A stretch of DNA of 64,000 bases from Botryllus schlosseri (taxonomy: Eukaryota), in assembly GCA_051294905.1 (NCBI GenBank), contig CM119373.1:30318001-30382000 (forward strand), in the 5' to 3' direction. Under the pieces are notes generated by a model. That model worked only from the letters and a program-made list of their open reading frames with translations. It did no database searches and had not been told where the DNA came from. The translations under genes and the position numbers were made by a program. Positions within the stretch are counted from its first letter, which is position 1. Each line of letters begins with the position of its first letter. This document shows positions 1 through 13,468 of the stretch, piece after piece.

Positions 1-29
1 TAATCCGACTAGGTCAATCATGACATGTT

Positions 30-1480
30 GTCAAATAGATTCAGTTTTGGATTTGCAATCAATGACTAATGTACAGTGAAGATTTGTATTCGGGAATAAT
101 GGATTCCGAAGATATTGGTTCGCTATTGAAATAATAATGAAACCAGATCAAAGTCGAAAAATTGGACATGGATTACTCCACTATAAAGACTTCCAGGAAA
201 ATCAGATTTTAGTCCAACTCATATACGATTTGACGCCACAATGATTGAATTGGGTGTGTACCTCGAATAAAGTACATGGAAAGGTCATGTGATCTGAAGA
301 TTCGCATAGAAATATGTGTAAATTATTTTAGTTGAATCTTTGATTACGGCCCAACGACCTACATTTGCACGCTCATCCGCAAAGCGGTGTCTTACATAAT
401 GCCTAGAAGTAGGCCGTGCTATAAGTCGGCAGTTACGGAATAAAAAAATTACCGATATCGGCCTGGTGTAAATGACCATAGTGGTCGACAAACACCATGA
501 ATACCTCAAAACAAGCAAGCAAGCAAATCCACATTTGAACTTCACGACAAACAAATTACCGTAAACTCTAACTTGATACAAAACACAGATTGCAAATACG
601 TAGGAAAGAATAATAACAAGATAGGCTGACTGTTGTAAATTTTGATCATGTGAATGTGAAACCATTGTACGCAAATCGTATAACAAAAACATAAAAAATC
701 AAACTTACTGGCTACTAAACTTTCTGTCGTCGAAGCTGAAACCATATTTGGGCTGGTATGAGGCTCCGTATTCGTCGTGGAATGTATACTAGTGACCGAC
801 GAAATAGACTCAGACGTTGAGGTTTCTGCCGTACTTGCAATAGCAGATCGAAGAGTACTGGATTCAACCAATCTAGTCACAGTCGTGTTGCTACCAGCGG
901 ATGTTACAGCAGCAGTTGGAGATATTGCAGACGTAGCTGGTGTTGTATCAGGTTGAACAAAAGAAGCTGTAGTGTTGAGTGTAGGACTGGATGTTGTAAC
1001 AGCAATGGTGGAGTCAAAATGTGCAGCTGTGGGACAAAATAACACATAAAAGGACAATATAACACAATGATAAAATACCATTTACCACATATACGCACAT
1101 TATAAATACTTCACCGATTCAATCTTGTCTATTATTGGAACTTTTGTCACACAAGCAAAATACACCGCCACGACTTGAAGTAGTAACATAGAATCATTCC
1201 TGACAACGGTATCTATCAGCGTCAACCAATCAGTTAGAACTCTAGATTCATTAAAACATGTAGGCTATAGTCAAATCGATCAAGTCTTGGATTTGCTATC
1301 AATCACTTATGCGCATTGCGCAATATATTTACAATAAAGATTTGTAATCGGATATAATGGATTCCGAAGATATTGGGTTGGATTTGAAATAACGAAACCA
1401 GATTAAATTGGGGAAACAGGACATGGGTTTTTCAATGGTAAAGGCTTCCAGGAAACTTAAAATTCACCTCCAACGCGTAC
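30..1480 (-). repeat. Two diverged copies of a ~230-bp segment (about 30-260 and 1270-1480), possibly decayed host exons
   Basis: Shared blocks such as ataatggattccgaagatattgg, gaaaccagat and cttccaggaaa. Minus-strand translation gives NPCP..SGF...QYLRNPL.P.TNL.C in both copies, with stops. The CUB-like spacing is only a weak impression. Confidence 0.45.
542..1081 (-). CDS. Ser/Thr-rich mucin-like segment with hydrophobic N-terminus (probable host exon or exons)
   Basis: ORF track 179 aa: hydrophobic start followed by a long S/T/A-rich stretch. No recognisable domain; the true exon boundaries are unknown. Confidence 0.35.
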   Translation of the reverse strand: MVFYHCVILSFYVLFCPTAAHFDSTIAVTTSSPTLNTTASFVQPDTTPATSAISPTAAVTSAGSNTTVTRLVESSTLRSAIASTAETSTSESISSVTSIHSTTNTEPHTSPNMVSASTTESLVASKFDFLCFCYTICVQWFHIHMIKIYNSQPILLLFFPTYLQSVFCIKLEFTVICLS

Positions 1481-2924
1481 AATAAAGAAAATATATTTAG
1501 AACACAGTACAGGAGTCGGAAATGACATATCATCAAAATATTTTATTTATAAATATTAGGACATTATTTTAGTTAAATCAGCGGTTACTAACCTTTACTA
1601 ACATACGGAACAATTACTCTAATCTTCAAGCCTTGGCGGAAACCCAGATCTTTATTACAAATCGGTGTAACCTCTACATTCCTATCAGATACCAGTTCAG
1701 AAATGCGACCATGTAATAGCAACGAGAATTCAGCTCCACCCATTCTTTGGGGTGTTCTGACTTGATTGATGAACGAAAAATTACACAAAGATGCAAACGA
1801 TGCCTGAAATGTGGCCTGCAAATGAATAACGTTGTCGGGTGAAGGTGTTATTATATTGTCATTGTCATCATCGACAGCAATATCCTAAAGCATCAAATAT
1901 TTATATTTCAAATGTATGTCTGGCCAAACTCATAGCCTACGCATCATAATATTTTAAAGGTATGTATTAGGCAGTACGAATTGGCTTCCAGCTGCAATAA
2001 TACATGTTTTACTAACCATATCAAGCGATACTGAGAAGAATTGAATTAGCTACATTTGGCGCTTAGTGAACTGGGCTTATAGATCTAGCCAAAAATCGAA
2101 GACAAAAATTATTAACGGTAACTTGTTTCATATTGATCAGTGGGCGATAAAAGCATTTGAAGTGGAAAGTGATATCGGCCATCCCAAGTGTACATTGTCT
2201 GGTACGATGTAGGCAGGTATGTGAAATAGAACCAGGTATATGGTCTCGATATCTCTGGCTTGATGCCCATCTTGGCTGATCCGAGCTCTCATTGTTCAGT
2301 GACAGCATGTGCCAGATGCATCGAGCATCGAACACTACTGTTGACATGCGCGGATCGATCAAGGATAATCCGAGGATTATCATCAAAAAACTCACATAAC
2401 TCCGCTTTTACTGGTCGGAATTAAGTCAAATTTGTTTGGCATTGTCTTTGAAGACAGCTCAACAATTTCATGGGGTTGGCAGAAAAATTTGACATTTTTT
2501 CAAATTTTCCCTAATAAATTAAAAATTTTAATTGGATCTGCGAAGTCCTATCCTTGTTATAATTGAACCAAATTTGGTGTGCAGCGTTTTTTAGGGTAAC
2601 CTGACAACTTAATCAGTGAATGGCTGGAATCCGGGAAAAAAATTATTTTTGAACAGGCCTACTCTACATGTACATACATTCCCTCATCGACGGCATTGTG
2701 CCTTTAGTATGGATCAGTGATCGGAAACTTTTTCGACGGAAGAGCCATATTTGCATTTGTAACTCCCAAAGAGCCATACATGTCAATCAACGGATTCGTC
2801 ACAATTGTAACCCGTGACGTTTTAGTAGGACTAATATATGGGATTCGTAGTGCGCGCCATATTTTAGTGCCGGCATGCTTAGGGCGAGCCAAACATCGTC
2901 GCTACTGTAGTACATACCCACTGC

Positions 2925-3355
2925 TAGGATTGCATTTAAAACATACGGTGTTTTAAAACACTTTATTAGAAAAATGTTTTAAACAGTGTCTTAAAAAGAG
3001 GCCTTTAAAATTTTTTTGTCTTTTTTAAGTTGTGAAATGATGCCATAACTGTGTAAATACTTTCCAAAAAACATGTTGTATGAGCCTACGGACAATTACT
3101 ACCAGATATAGCCGACGTATATCGATATGGGATGGTTGGAACCCTAAAATATAGTCGGTTCAACATTAATAGTACAGATGTTTCGTCAAAGGAGTTATAT
3201 ACCCTTTATTTTCAATTGTCAATGACAATCCACTATGACGTCAAAATTGAAAATTCGTGACGTCATGGCTTGAAATTTAAAAAAAATGCATTAAATTAGG
3301 GTCTTGTTTTAAACATGTTTGTTTTAAATTGATTTTGGTTTTAAATGCAACCCTA
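2925..3355. mobile_element. hAT-type MITE
   Basis: TIR tagg(a/g)ttgcatttaaaac at both ends. Flanks cccactgc / ttcactgc (6/8 match, decayed TSD). Confidence 0.6.
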
Positions 3356-4570
3356 TTCACTGCAAGGTGTGAAACGTCAGGGACGTGGCGGTAGAGGAGG
3401 CAAGTGCCTCAGATGTCGTCTGGGGTGAGTGAAAAAAGAATTGTGAAACCTTAAATAATTATTGGTGTTTTCTATCGATATATATAAATGACTAGATTTG
3501 GAGTATTTTCATGCCCAAAATCCCGGAATATTTATATATTGTGTTCGAAAATAAAGCGCGAAAGGAGAGGTAATAGGTACAGATGAGGCACAGACCGGCC
3601 AAGCCTCACCTGTGATAGCGCAACTCATCGTAAATAGCTTAGAATTTATAATCATTGATATTTATCAAATGAAATTGTCTCGCTAATTCAGAAACGTTGC
3701 ACTACCGCAATATATTTTTACCGCGGTGCTAGAAAGTTATAACTTATCAATCAAAACATGGATAGCTCTGGCGTTGTTCTTAATTTGAGTTTGTAATTGT
3801 GAATGTCACTTCCGAGGCAGTTAATTACTCGGCGTACATCAGGGAGACAATGAAAACTGCCTTGTCCTACAAGCGTCCCCATGTCTGCTAATCTCTTTGA
3901 TCAATCAAATTATCATGCAATCATATATTTCTAAGCGCACGATGGTGGGTAGATCGATTTCGCGAGTGGTGTTAGTCGCCGGTGCGACAGCCAGAGGTGG
4001 TCAAAGTAGTCAAGAAAGCTACTCAAGTAGAAGTAGAAGTAGCGAAGAAGAAATCTACTCAAGTACAAGTAGAAGTACTTCTTCCGTAAGCAACCCAAAA
4101 CTACTTGAAGTAGAACTACTTTTTACTGACTTTAAATCTACTCAAGTAAGTAAGTAGTTTCAGAAAAGTCAAATATACGCTCTCGTTGACTGTCTATAAA
4201 ACTAACTCTTAAGATGACGATTCTGTCACTCAAATGAGGTGTCATATCATTGATACACAACCACACTAATGTTCAATGAATGCAACTTCTTTGTTTCAAT
4301 TTGAAGATGTACTTATTTGAACAGCTTCCTGGAGATACAGAACTTCAATACACAATTGAATAGTATATTCATATTGAAATGAACCCGAGTATTGTGCCTA
4401 GGAGTCGACATTTATCTAAATACACCAGCCAAGGCTGTGTTAATAAAAGGAGTTCGTGTACTATCTAAAAATATTACATTTAATGCTCTCATGTTCAAAA
4501 TTTCATGCTGGTGACGTCATATTTTGTGATACGATTGTTGATAAACTATGTTCTTTTGAATTTTCTACTA

Positions 4571-5163
4571 CAGTGGTTCTCAACCTATATGTCTTTGCGG
4601 ACCACTTCTGGACCGTCATGGATCCCTGTGGACCTCCTCAAATTTAAGTTCAAATTTAGCTTAATTATTATGCAGCGGTCATCTATCTTGTGCCATAATT
4701 AACTGTAGGCTAGTGATAAATAGCAGTAAATGACTTTTCTTCTAATTAACAACATACAATATGTAGAAATAGGATAGACCCTTTAGTATCTTAAATCGAA
4801 CTCCACAGCTGCATTTCTTAAAATAGGTGGTCGTGTATCGAAAATCCACGAGTTCAATTCGATATTACCGTGTGCTGAAATTCTATTTCAACGAATATTG
4901 ATGGTGACGAATATTAACATGAAACGCTTCCCACGACACCTTTGGATATCGCAACATTCATGATATTACATGACAACTCACTCACCTAAAGTGAGAAACG
5001 GATTTTTCAATGATCATCCAACCTAGTCATTTCTATCTAGCAGCTCATCTTGAAGTTGTTTTTAACAGTCAAGAAGCGAAACTCCTCATTTTTCCCTTTG
5101 ATTAAAAAATTTAAAATAAGGTTATCAATCATTTTGCAAATTTGGTTTGGTTGAGAACCGCTG
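4571..5163. mobile_element. hAT (Charlie-like) MITE
   Basis: TIR cagtggttctcaacc / ggttgagaaccgctg. Flanks ttctacta / ctctactg (6/8). Confidence 0.65.
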
Positions 5164-5253
5164 CTCTACTGTTTGCTGACCACTACCCCTGAGGAGTGTC
5201 AGCCGAAAATATTCGGATTCATTTCAATATGTATATGTATATGTATATACCAT

Positions 5254-8200
5254 TCAAATGTACTTATTATTCAACTTGATGAGTAGCTGGTTCTCAAAAT
5301 TGTTGGAACCAATGTTTGCTCGCTTCGGGGTGAAGATAAGTCCCGCCGAGCTAAAAAATCTCTCACATGCAGCAGATGCCGGCAAACCTGTATTCAGTCT
5401 TAGAAATAGCTTTTTCAGGGCAGGCAATGTCTTCAACACATCAATATCCCGAGATTTGGAGGACAAGTATGTCTCCAATTCAGTATGTGTCTTAGAAGCA
5501 GAGCGGCTGGATTTCTCCATCGCAGAAAAAAAATCCTCCTCCTCATCCTCTTCGGAGGTTGACTCGGATGGCTTACTCTCTTCTTGCAAAAGCTTTTTTT
5601 TCAAGTACACGAGACCTTTTTGGATTGTAGTGTCGTCTAACGTCAGTTAGTTTTGAATTTTGGCAGCAAAATAGCTGCGCTTATCAACTGTTCATCTTCG
5701 ATCATTGTAGCAAATCTGACTTTTATGTCAGTAATATTGGCATTTGCCAATGTTTTACAATGAGAAGATGAATCCTGTGCTCTTTCAAGCTTACAGAGCA
5801 ACTGCTGGAGTGTTGGAAGAAGCCAACCCATATAAGCATTCTTCTCCGAGTGTAGTATATCAATTGCCTTGGCAACCGGTTTCATCACAGCACAGTAATC
5901 GTTGACAAAATCCTGCTCTACGGCAGTCAGCATTGGCACTTCGAAGGAATTGAAAACCTTCCTCAGTGCTGCTTCCCCTCTGTTTCTGGTCAATATTACT
6001 ACAATTCTTTCCACGGCTAGATACATCGAATTCCATCTTGTACAGATTGGCCGAAGGAATTGAATACCACATTCAGCATCCACAATCTCGGCAGCCGACG
6101 TAGAACGGCCTACTTTATTCCACACCGCAGATAGTTTTCCAAAAGTAGAGCGATTGAGCTTTTTGAATTTTTCATCCTTCATTTCAGCATCCAGTGCATC
6201 TTTTTTAGCAATCAAATGTAGAATGTGACTAGCGCAACGTTGATGTGGCGGTAGTTTGTACTCCAAACTTGGTTGTTCATCAAGTAATTCTGTAGCATTG
6301 GCAAATTCCACTGCATCCTCCTCGTCATCACTGCCATCACTGTCGCCGTCGTTGTTATCATCATTATTTCCAAACACAGAAAAAGCCCTAAAAAATTGGA
6401 GCCATTGTCAGTTGTTGTTTTCACAATTTTATCACCTATGCCATATGCAGAATGCGCATCGTCAATGGCACTTGCAAGCGTATCATAGGTATGTGAGCCT
6501 TTCAAGCGCTGACACGCTAATGCGACACTCTGTCTCTCTAGGTTGGAATCTTCTATCCAGTGAGCAGTAACTCCTATATAGATTCGACGTCTTGCTGACC
6601 AGCAATCCGTCGTTGTTGCAATGTAGTCGACCTTACTCATTGCGGTAATAAGGTTTTCCTTTACCGTTTTTGCCGTCTCGTCCATCTTCCTCTTCAAAGT
6701 TGCTCTACTGATTACTTGAACACCAAAATCACCCATTGGGTCCTTGAATGAGGGTAACTCTACAAAACTGAATGGTAGGGCACCTTCTGCAATCAGACGC
6801 ATTAGATTTTTTTCAAATTTGTCCTGGGGAGCTTTCCTATTAAATTCCACATCCGTTAGCTTTCTCTGTTTTCTGGTGGTGGCAGTGTTGATAGTAGCAA
6901 TCTTTCTCTTCTTTGCTCTTCTTGTCAGATCCTGATAATATTCATGGTTCTTTGATCCATGCTTCGCCTAAGAAGGAAATACCACCTTATTACCGGAAAA
7001 CCTCAAATACGTGCAAAATTTAGATGTATGTGAACTTACATGATCAAACAAATTTGACCTACTTCTCAGAGACAAAGCACAGAACAATTTCAATATTAGT
7101 TACGGGAGGGGTAGTTGGCAGACCGATTTAATGAAGGGGATCATAGCCTATGTAACAAATTACGTAAAAAATATACTTGCTATTCGACTGCAGTGCAAAA
7201 ATATTACAAACTACGCAAAATATCAGGAATAACAGATATTTTATATTCGTAATATGGCATATGCTGTTAATTTCATTGGCCAGGTGAAACTTCAACATCC
7301 AGCCAGAAGGGACACTCAAATTGCTTATAAGTAGGGCCATTTATTGACATGTCAAAATTGCGGCATTAGGTAAGAAAATTATCATGTTTTCACTTTCAGT
7401 GAACTTATCATTTGACATTTTACAGCCTACTTTATAGGCATACCATTGTAGGCGGCCCATTATCTACTTAGCGTAAATCATAAACTGTCATATTAAATAT
7501 ATAGGCTTACATGGTGTTATGCTCAACGTACCGCAATATCATAACTGAAGCAAGACTGCAGACTTGGACAACTAGATAATTCTAGTTGTCTAATTTCACT
7601 AAATTAGAGCGAATTGCCAGTAATCCGATTCAAATCTAATTTGTGAAATGTTTTCATGCTCAAATTCTAATTCTAATCTAATTCAGAAAAGCTGAAAATT
7701 TTCTAGTTGTCCAAGTCTGCAAGACTGCGTGGGCGCTGCTTCTATTTTCAATAAGCGCATGATGAATAATTGTGATGTATAGACAACATTGTCAAAATGA
7801 AGCAACGCGGTGTGTCACCAGCAGTGTACGCAACCAGTCAACAGCTGCATGCTGCTATTGAACGTTCTTTCTCCCTTCTTCGCAAACTACTTATTATAAG
7901 GATATACACTTTCTACCCGAGAATGTAGGAGAGTAGCTTTCGCTCAACTACGACAAATTTTGATTATCTCTACCACAATACGTGATGTAACTACTGGAAT
8001 TCTTCATAGGTCCAGATTGTTGAAATAGAAGTTTTTTCATGTAGACATTTGTCAGTTTTCAGGTCAAAAAAACATATATGGACTGACAGTTCCAACCAGA
8101 AATTAACAGAAGTAGTAGGCTACAATTCAAACATTATGTGGGAAAACACCTAATCTACATACACAAGGTCAAAATTAACTTTTTTAAGGTCAACAAATGT

Positions 8201-8642
8201 CAAAATCTTCTCCTTTTAAGGTAAAAAAAAACGATCTACTTATAAGCTTAAAGATAATTTCTGAGCACAATATGTTGATGCTTCACAACTAGTAGCCTAA
8301 GTGAATCAGATATTCGGTCATTAATACATACAGCAATACCGGTATAGTTACTGGATTTTATAAATTGATTTGCTCAAAATAATAAATATTAAACCACGTG
8401 TGTTGGAAATAAGTTATTTCAAATAACTCATTTCAACAATCGAATAAATTACTGGAAATAGACAAATCATATCTTACCATAATATGCTTCCCTAAATTGG
8501 AAGGGGAATTGCAGTATGCAGAGATTTCCGTTTTCTTCGGCTGGCATTTTATACATGCAAACTTCAGCGAGTTTCCCTGTCGTGCTTTGAACTCAAAAAA
8601 AGGCGCCAAATAGGGCCATGGATTATCATTATTGGCGTCCAT
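5254..8642 (-). pseudogene. BED-zinc-finger hAT transposase, spliced and frameshifted
   Basis: Exon 8642-8478 (W..F...C.KC...SNLGKHIM). GT donor at 8477 and AG acceptor at 6968-6969 complete the finger as HIM|AKH. The downstream reading frames carry TTDCWS, TTDNGSN, RCASH, TRWNS and PASAACERFFSSAG. At least two frameshifts (about 6390 and 5620). Confidence 0.9.
7559..7719. mobile_element. 161-bp hAT MITE inside the transposase intron
   Basis: TIR cagacttggacaactaga / tctagttgtccaagtctg. Exact 8-bp TSD caagactg. Confidence 0.85.
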
Positions 8643-9866
8643 GTCACATGAAGAATCCTCAACGATTGCTATACTAATAGCAATAACCACGTGTACATGT
8701 ACATACGTATGCAGCAACTTCATAACACAATCTGAAAATTCATATCAGTATTATTCTCAGTATTGACATCATACCACTATAGAAACCCACGGAATGCATC
8801 TAGTATACACCCGTCAAAAATTAGGACCATTGTTAATCCGGTTAGTGTTCTGTCCGTCCACGTTATGTATTAGGCAGTTGGCAGTAGGGATGGTGTGAAC
8901 CTCTGAAAGGTTCAGGTTCGTGTGAACGCGAACCTTTTTGAAAGGTTCTGTGTGAACACGAACGTGAACCTCGTGACGTCATATTGCCAATTCCAACCCT
9001 ATCTTCCAATGAAGTGATAGCCTATATTAATGTACACCAGTGGTTCTTAACCTTGCCTCCAGCGCCCCCCAAGGGGCGCTGGCGATTTTGAAGGGGGCGG
9101 AAACGCTCAGGGGGCGATATGGGGGGCGCTGGGCTCAGGGGGCGGTATGGAGGGGGGGCGCTGGAGAAAAATGGCTTCGCAGTAGATGATGTGGTGGTAG
9201 GACATACCCTTAATGAGTATTCACAGTTAATTAACACCGAAAACTTCGTTATATATAGCCTACAAAAGACATATAGGTTTAATTGTCCATGGGCGCCTAA
9301 ATGACTGGCACCGAATTTTCCTGTCTTGGCAATTCGAACCCCAGAAGACGAATTCCATCTGGCAGGGAAAAATTATATGCCAGTGAAGAAATACCAATTT
9401 GAAATTGTGTACGTCTTTTAGTTTAGTACGATTGGGCGACACGGATATCTAAAACTAGATATTCCTGTTGGGCGATATCCCTGTTGGGCGATTCTATATT
9501 TTTTTGATAAAGCAGACAGGAGGTCACGAAATAACATCATGCAACGAAGTCATACCAACGGGTTCGCCCGCCCGAATATGTTTAAATATTAGTTACGGGC
9601 CCTACAGTTTCCAAGACACCTCACATTGTTCGCTCCACGTTTTGATGAGTCTGCGCACACTCAATAAACTCACTGCGCAGACTCTTGGACAACAGTGCGT
9701 AACGACTAAAAAAAGGTCAAAACTTCGGATTTGTTGTGCGCAACGTAAATTTTCGGAACTAGTGCACTATACACCAACATTACCCGGTCATGGTAAACAC
9801 TTTACTGACTAAGTACTTTTACACGTCATCCTTTTTTCATTTTATAATTCTCTCGAATCTATGTTT

Positions 9867-10104
9867 CATGACTCAGCATATTTCGAGTTACGAGGTTTCA
9901 GTTTTTTCCGTTTACGCCCATTACGTAAAATCCTTCACTAGATACCTATTACAAACGAAGCACCGCCATTCATTTATGCTTCTTTACATAGCTATCTTAC
10001 CATGACTCAGCATATTTCTAGTTACGAGGTTTCAGTTTTTTGCGGTTACGCCCATTACGTAAAATACTTCACTAGATACCTATGACAAACGATGCACCGC
10101 CATT
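9867..10104. repeat. Direct duplication (~105 bp, period 134) in the 3' non-coding end of the retroelement
   Basis: catgactcagcatatttc...gcaccgccatt at 9867 and again at 10001. Each copy contains a TGACTCA (AP-1-type) motif. Confidence 0.9.
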
Positions 10105-10250
10105 TTATTTTTTGTACGCCCAATACCTATCACAATGTTATTCCAAAAATTACCAAATTTGTCACACCGCATTTCAATTCTTCCCTATAACAGACTATAA
10201 AAATCACGCATTTATCTCAAAATCTCAAACACCCATTCTTACCTTCAGAT

Positions 10251-13200
10251 TTAGTCATTCTCCGTTGTGTTCCGTATTACTCTTATCGCCATCCATTGAC
10301 TTGTTCCGTTTCGTCTCCTCGTGTTCCTCATACGACTTAAGGTTCTACGTCGACGACACCTTATACAACCTACCCATAACACAATCAACAGGGCAACCAA
10401 CCCTGTTACCACCAATATTACAACCACTGGTTCCATGATAGGTATCAATTTTGCACCTTCCATAATAATCCTATCGATCAAGGATAATTCTCTTACCTTA
10501 TATCCACCTTCCATCATCACCAGTTCGTGCAGCCATCGAGTATAGTTGTAGTCTACGAAATCTGTGGTTGTCTTTCTCACGGGGGCTCTTGAAAGTCGGG
10601 AATATTCAGGTTCGGGTGATCCCAACCTTTGGTTTTCCTGCCCAGGCAGAGGTGATGCGCCAGCCATCGTTGACTCCAAGGTAGTATTCATTAGCTCGAC
10701 ACTGCTCGAGGACGAGTCGTCTTTGCCGTCCCCTGTTGAATACAAAACAGTTGTTTCGGTACTTACCCTGTGGTTGTGGTCCGGGTTTTGGTAGTCCGTC
10801 CCGATGTCGACTCCGTCATCATCTCTGGAGACCTGCAGAGCATCTGCAGTGGTCACCGGATGCACTCGCGTTGTTGTGGGTTCCTCACCACCGATTTTTG
10901 TCGTTCCCTCGGGCCGGTTACGCGTGCCACTTGGCAATTGTTGCTTCCCATGAGACACATCAGTTCGTTTAACAGTTTTATACCCCCCTTCCTGTTCAGC
11001 CGACGATTGCGATCGTTTAACTTGCACCAGCGTTGTTTGCATCCGCCATCCCAAAGTTCGATGTGGTAGATGTCTCAACGCTGTAGTCTTTGGTACTTTC
11101 GTTGTCAGCCGTTCCACGTTCACCAAAGGGACGACGGCGTCTTCCTGATCCCTTGGAGTCTCGCTCGTTTCGGTAGTGTTGGGGAGAGGGCTAGTCGTTA
11201 CATAGGCAGTTCTACTTGCCTCGGGTGTTGTATTACCGCCTACATGTCGATCGGAGGAACCCTGGTAGGAAACCGTAGTTCCTGCAAAACCGTACCAATC
11301 AGTCTCTACTAACCTTTGGTCGGTTATTTTCGTTTGCGTGGTGGTCTCGTGAGTCATTCTTCTGGTAATTATCGTCTCCGCCGATTTGTTTTGGCTCGCC
11401 AATTCCTTCCCCCGTCTCATGACTTCCTGGTGCGCGGACGGGAACCTTGGTAACGACATTGCTTCAGTGGCAGTCGTTAGCGTTTCCCAAGCCGGAGACG
11501 GTGTCGAGCGGTTGTTTGCTGGTTTCCTTTTTTCACTTGGTGTTACGCCACGCCCATTTCCCAAAGCTTCTGTGTTTGTACTGCCCACCATCATCGAAGT
11601 AGTTTGCGGAACTTCGGGGGTCCATGTGATCCTAGCGTGATGGTTTCCACGGTCATCAGTTGCGGTTAACATCACCGTTCGAGCGGTGGATCTCTCCCCC
11701 GCATTATTCCTATAGGCATATGGCGTATAGACCAGGGAACCCTCACAAAACGTCCCCCGATAGATCCATCGAGACTGAAATAACTTTTCGTCCCCCACTT
11801 CTGCCTGAATTAGCTTTTGTGTGGCCATATAATCCAGAAGTATCGTATTTATTAATTTTACTTGTTCCACTAATGTCGGTCGTAGGGTAAGGTTATACCT
11901 AGTGGATAACTCCTCAAGTTGTCCCCGCGAGACGGGTCTTTCTCGCCGCGTTTCTATGCCTCCCCTTATTCGAACCTTCAGTTGTGACAGTTGTTTCTTT
12001 ATCTCTTCTACGTATTGTACCCCAAGACTGGATAGCCAGTTTTTGATACCCCCCCGTCCATTTCCATCGGGTGTCTCCCGAAACGGGGATAGTATAAACG
12101 TTTCCCACCCTTTTGAAATCAAGCAGGAAGTTTGGTTACCCAGTATTGGTAAATGCATTTCCGTCCGCGTTCGGTTTTCAGGGGCAGCAATTTGCATTGT
12201 ACCTCGCCGGGGGTCCGCAAACACGGCCCGCCCCTCGAAAGGGTCGTATAACACTCTATTGAATATCAGGGCTGTTTTGAGATCTCCAACAGCCGTTGAA
12301 CAAACTTGCCTATCTCCCTTTAGCTCGCACCGCGAACTATTATGCAAAAGAACTGGGTAAGGGTCATACATTGTCATGCCTGAAGGTTGGGGTTTTGCCA
12401 TCGTGCGGAGGAATATCGCATCGGTCTTTCGTCCGTCGAACATCACATACCAATGTTCCGTATATATATCGTTCCTTGCTTGTAGCCATACCAGATTCTC
12501 GCTTATCTTTGGCAGAGGAGCTCTATCGGGCCATTGATTACTAGAAAAGGTTCTTCGCCTATCCGGCGGGTTTCCCATAATACCGGGATCGACTTCCTGT
12601 ATTACAAAATCTAGGGATAAGAAATTCTCAACCGGTTGTTCCCCCACGAAGTAGCACTCTATACAAATTACTCTACTCCGACGTTCTTTGTGAACAACAC
12701 AATGGCTGAATCTATTCTGTCCGATATCCCATCCTCCATGACGCCCGAACCGATAGCGACAATTTGCTTCCACCGTTACATATTGTTCCAACAGGTTTAT
12801 GATCATTGTCTTATATACGGTTAGTCGTTGTAAAGTCTCAAGGGGTAAAGAATACAAGACTCGGGTTTCTACGTACCTCCAAAGATGTATCACTCCCAGT
12901 CTGCCGTTTCGTTGGTATTTTATTTTTTGAGAATAGTAGTCAGTAGGGTTCAGATCCGGCAATATCCACGACTCAGTCCGTCTACACACACACTCCCGTT
13001 CATACGCCCAGGTTTCATCCCAATACCTGGCGTTTTGGGATCCTATGGATGATATGGGTGCCAGTAATTTGTTTAAACTTTGCGGTGCGGCTTTCAACGG
13101 ACCAAACGCCGAGTCGTCAACCTGTATCTGATAGCGACGTCGAATGTCCTTTCGAGGCCAGTCCCCTCCTAACATAAAAAGCCGTGACAAGGGTACCCTT

Positions 13201-13388
13201 TGCGGCTTTGGGGGGACGTCGAAAGGTCTCCATCCCGTAAAATTAAAGTCGTCGATGGACCCCACGGTCATGGCAGATAAGGGTAGTGGGTTTTCGCCAG
13301 TTTGGGCTTTCACAAAACAAGCCCACTGGATTAACAACAGTAATCTTTGTAGTCCTTTCCATTTGTACAGGTAGTTAATTATTGGCAT
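10251..13388 (-). CDS. Second envelope-type glycoprotein (Env surface-domain paralogue + mucin stalk + TM), 1045 aa
   Basis: Signal-like N-terminus. Blocks align with Env (RYW....ER.C.CRR, D.(I/V)IQE(I/V)D, YD..PV, LK.A...V.(F/Y)DP). S/T-rich stalk, TM VVVILVVTGLVALLIVLWVGCI and basic tail. No furin-plus-fusion-peptide motif. Confidence 0.85.
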   Translation of the reverse strand: MPIINYLYKWKGLQRLLLLIQWACFVKAQTGENPLPLSAMTVGSIDDFNFTGWRPFDVPPKPQRVPLSRLFMLGGDWPRKDIRRRYQIQVDDSAFGPLKAAPQSLNKLLAPISSIGSQNARYWDETWAYERECVCRRTESWILPDLNPTDYYSQKIKYQRNGRLGVIHLWRYVETRVLYSLPLETLQRLTVYKTMIINLLEQYVTVEANCRYRFGRHGGWDIGQNRFSHCVVHKERRSRVICIECYFVGEQPVENFLSLDFVIQEVDPGIMGNPPDRRRTFSSNQWPDRAPLPKISENLVWLQARNDIYTEHWYVMFDGRKTDAIFLRTMAKPQPSGMTMYDPYPVLLHNSSRCELKGDRQVCSTAVGDLKTALIFNRVLYDPFEGRAVFADPRRGTMQIAAPENRTRTEMHLPILGNQTSCLISKGWETFILSPFRETPDGNGRGGIKNWLSSLGVQYVEEIKKQLSQLKVRIRGGIETRRERPVSRGQLEELSTRYNLTLRPTLVEQVKLINTILLDYMATQKLIQAEVGDEKLFQSRWIYRGTFCEGSLVYTPYAYRNNAGERSTARTVMLTATDDRGNHHARITWTPEVPQTTSMMVGSTNTEALGNGRGVTPSEKRKPANNRSTPSPAWETLTTATEAMSLPRFPSAHQEVMRRGKELASQNKSAETIITRRMTHETTTQTKITDQRLVETDWYGFAGTTVSYQGSSDRHVGGNTTPEASRTAYVTTSPLPNTTETSETPRDQEDAVVPLVNVERLTTKVPKTTALRHLPHRTLGWRMQTTLVQVKRSQSSAEQEGGYKTVKRTDVSHGKQQLPSGTRNRPEGTTKIGGEEPTTTRVHPVTTADALQVSRDDDGVDIGTDYQNPDHNHRVSTETTVLYSTGDGKDDSSSSSVELMNTTLESTMAGASPLPGQENQRLGSPEPEYSRLSRAPVRKTTTDFVDYNYTRWLHELVMMEGGYKVRELSLIDRIIMEGAKLIPIMEPVVVILVVTGLVALLIVLWVGCIRCRRRRTLSRMRNTRRRNGTSQWMAIRVIRNTTEND

Positions 13389-13468
13389 ATTAATTTAACG
13401 TGAAAATCTGTAATTCATATAGTCGTGTTTAGTTAAGCATGAGGGTTAAGAGAGCTTCGGCGGAGAGG

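Noticed and set aside
3897-4157. Ser/Arg-rich ORF, and similar ORFs at 29361-29822 and 50469-50726
   Set aside because: They translate AAGTAG subterminal repeats of hAT ends, not genes.
9819-9850. Purine-rich tract AAAATGAAAAAAGGA followed by TGACGT as PPT and LTR start, echoed by TGACGT near 25210
   Set aside because: The similarity stops after 6 nt, so no LTR pair can be built.
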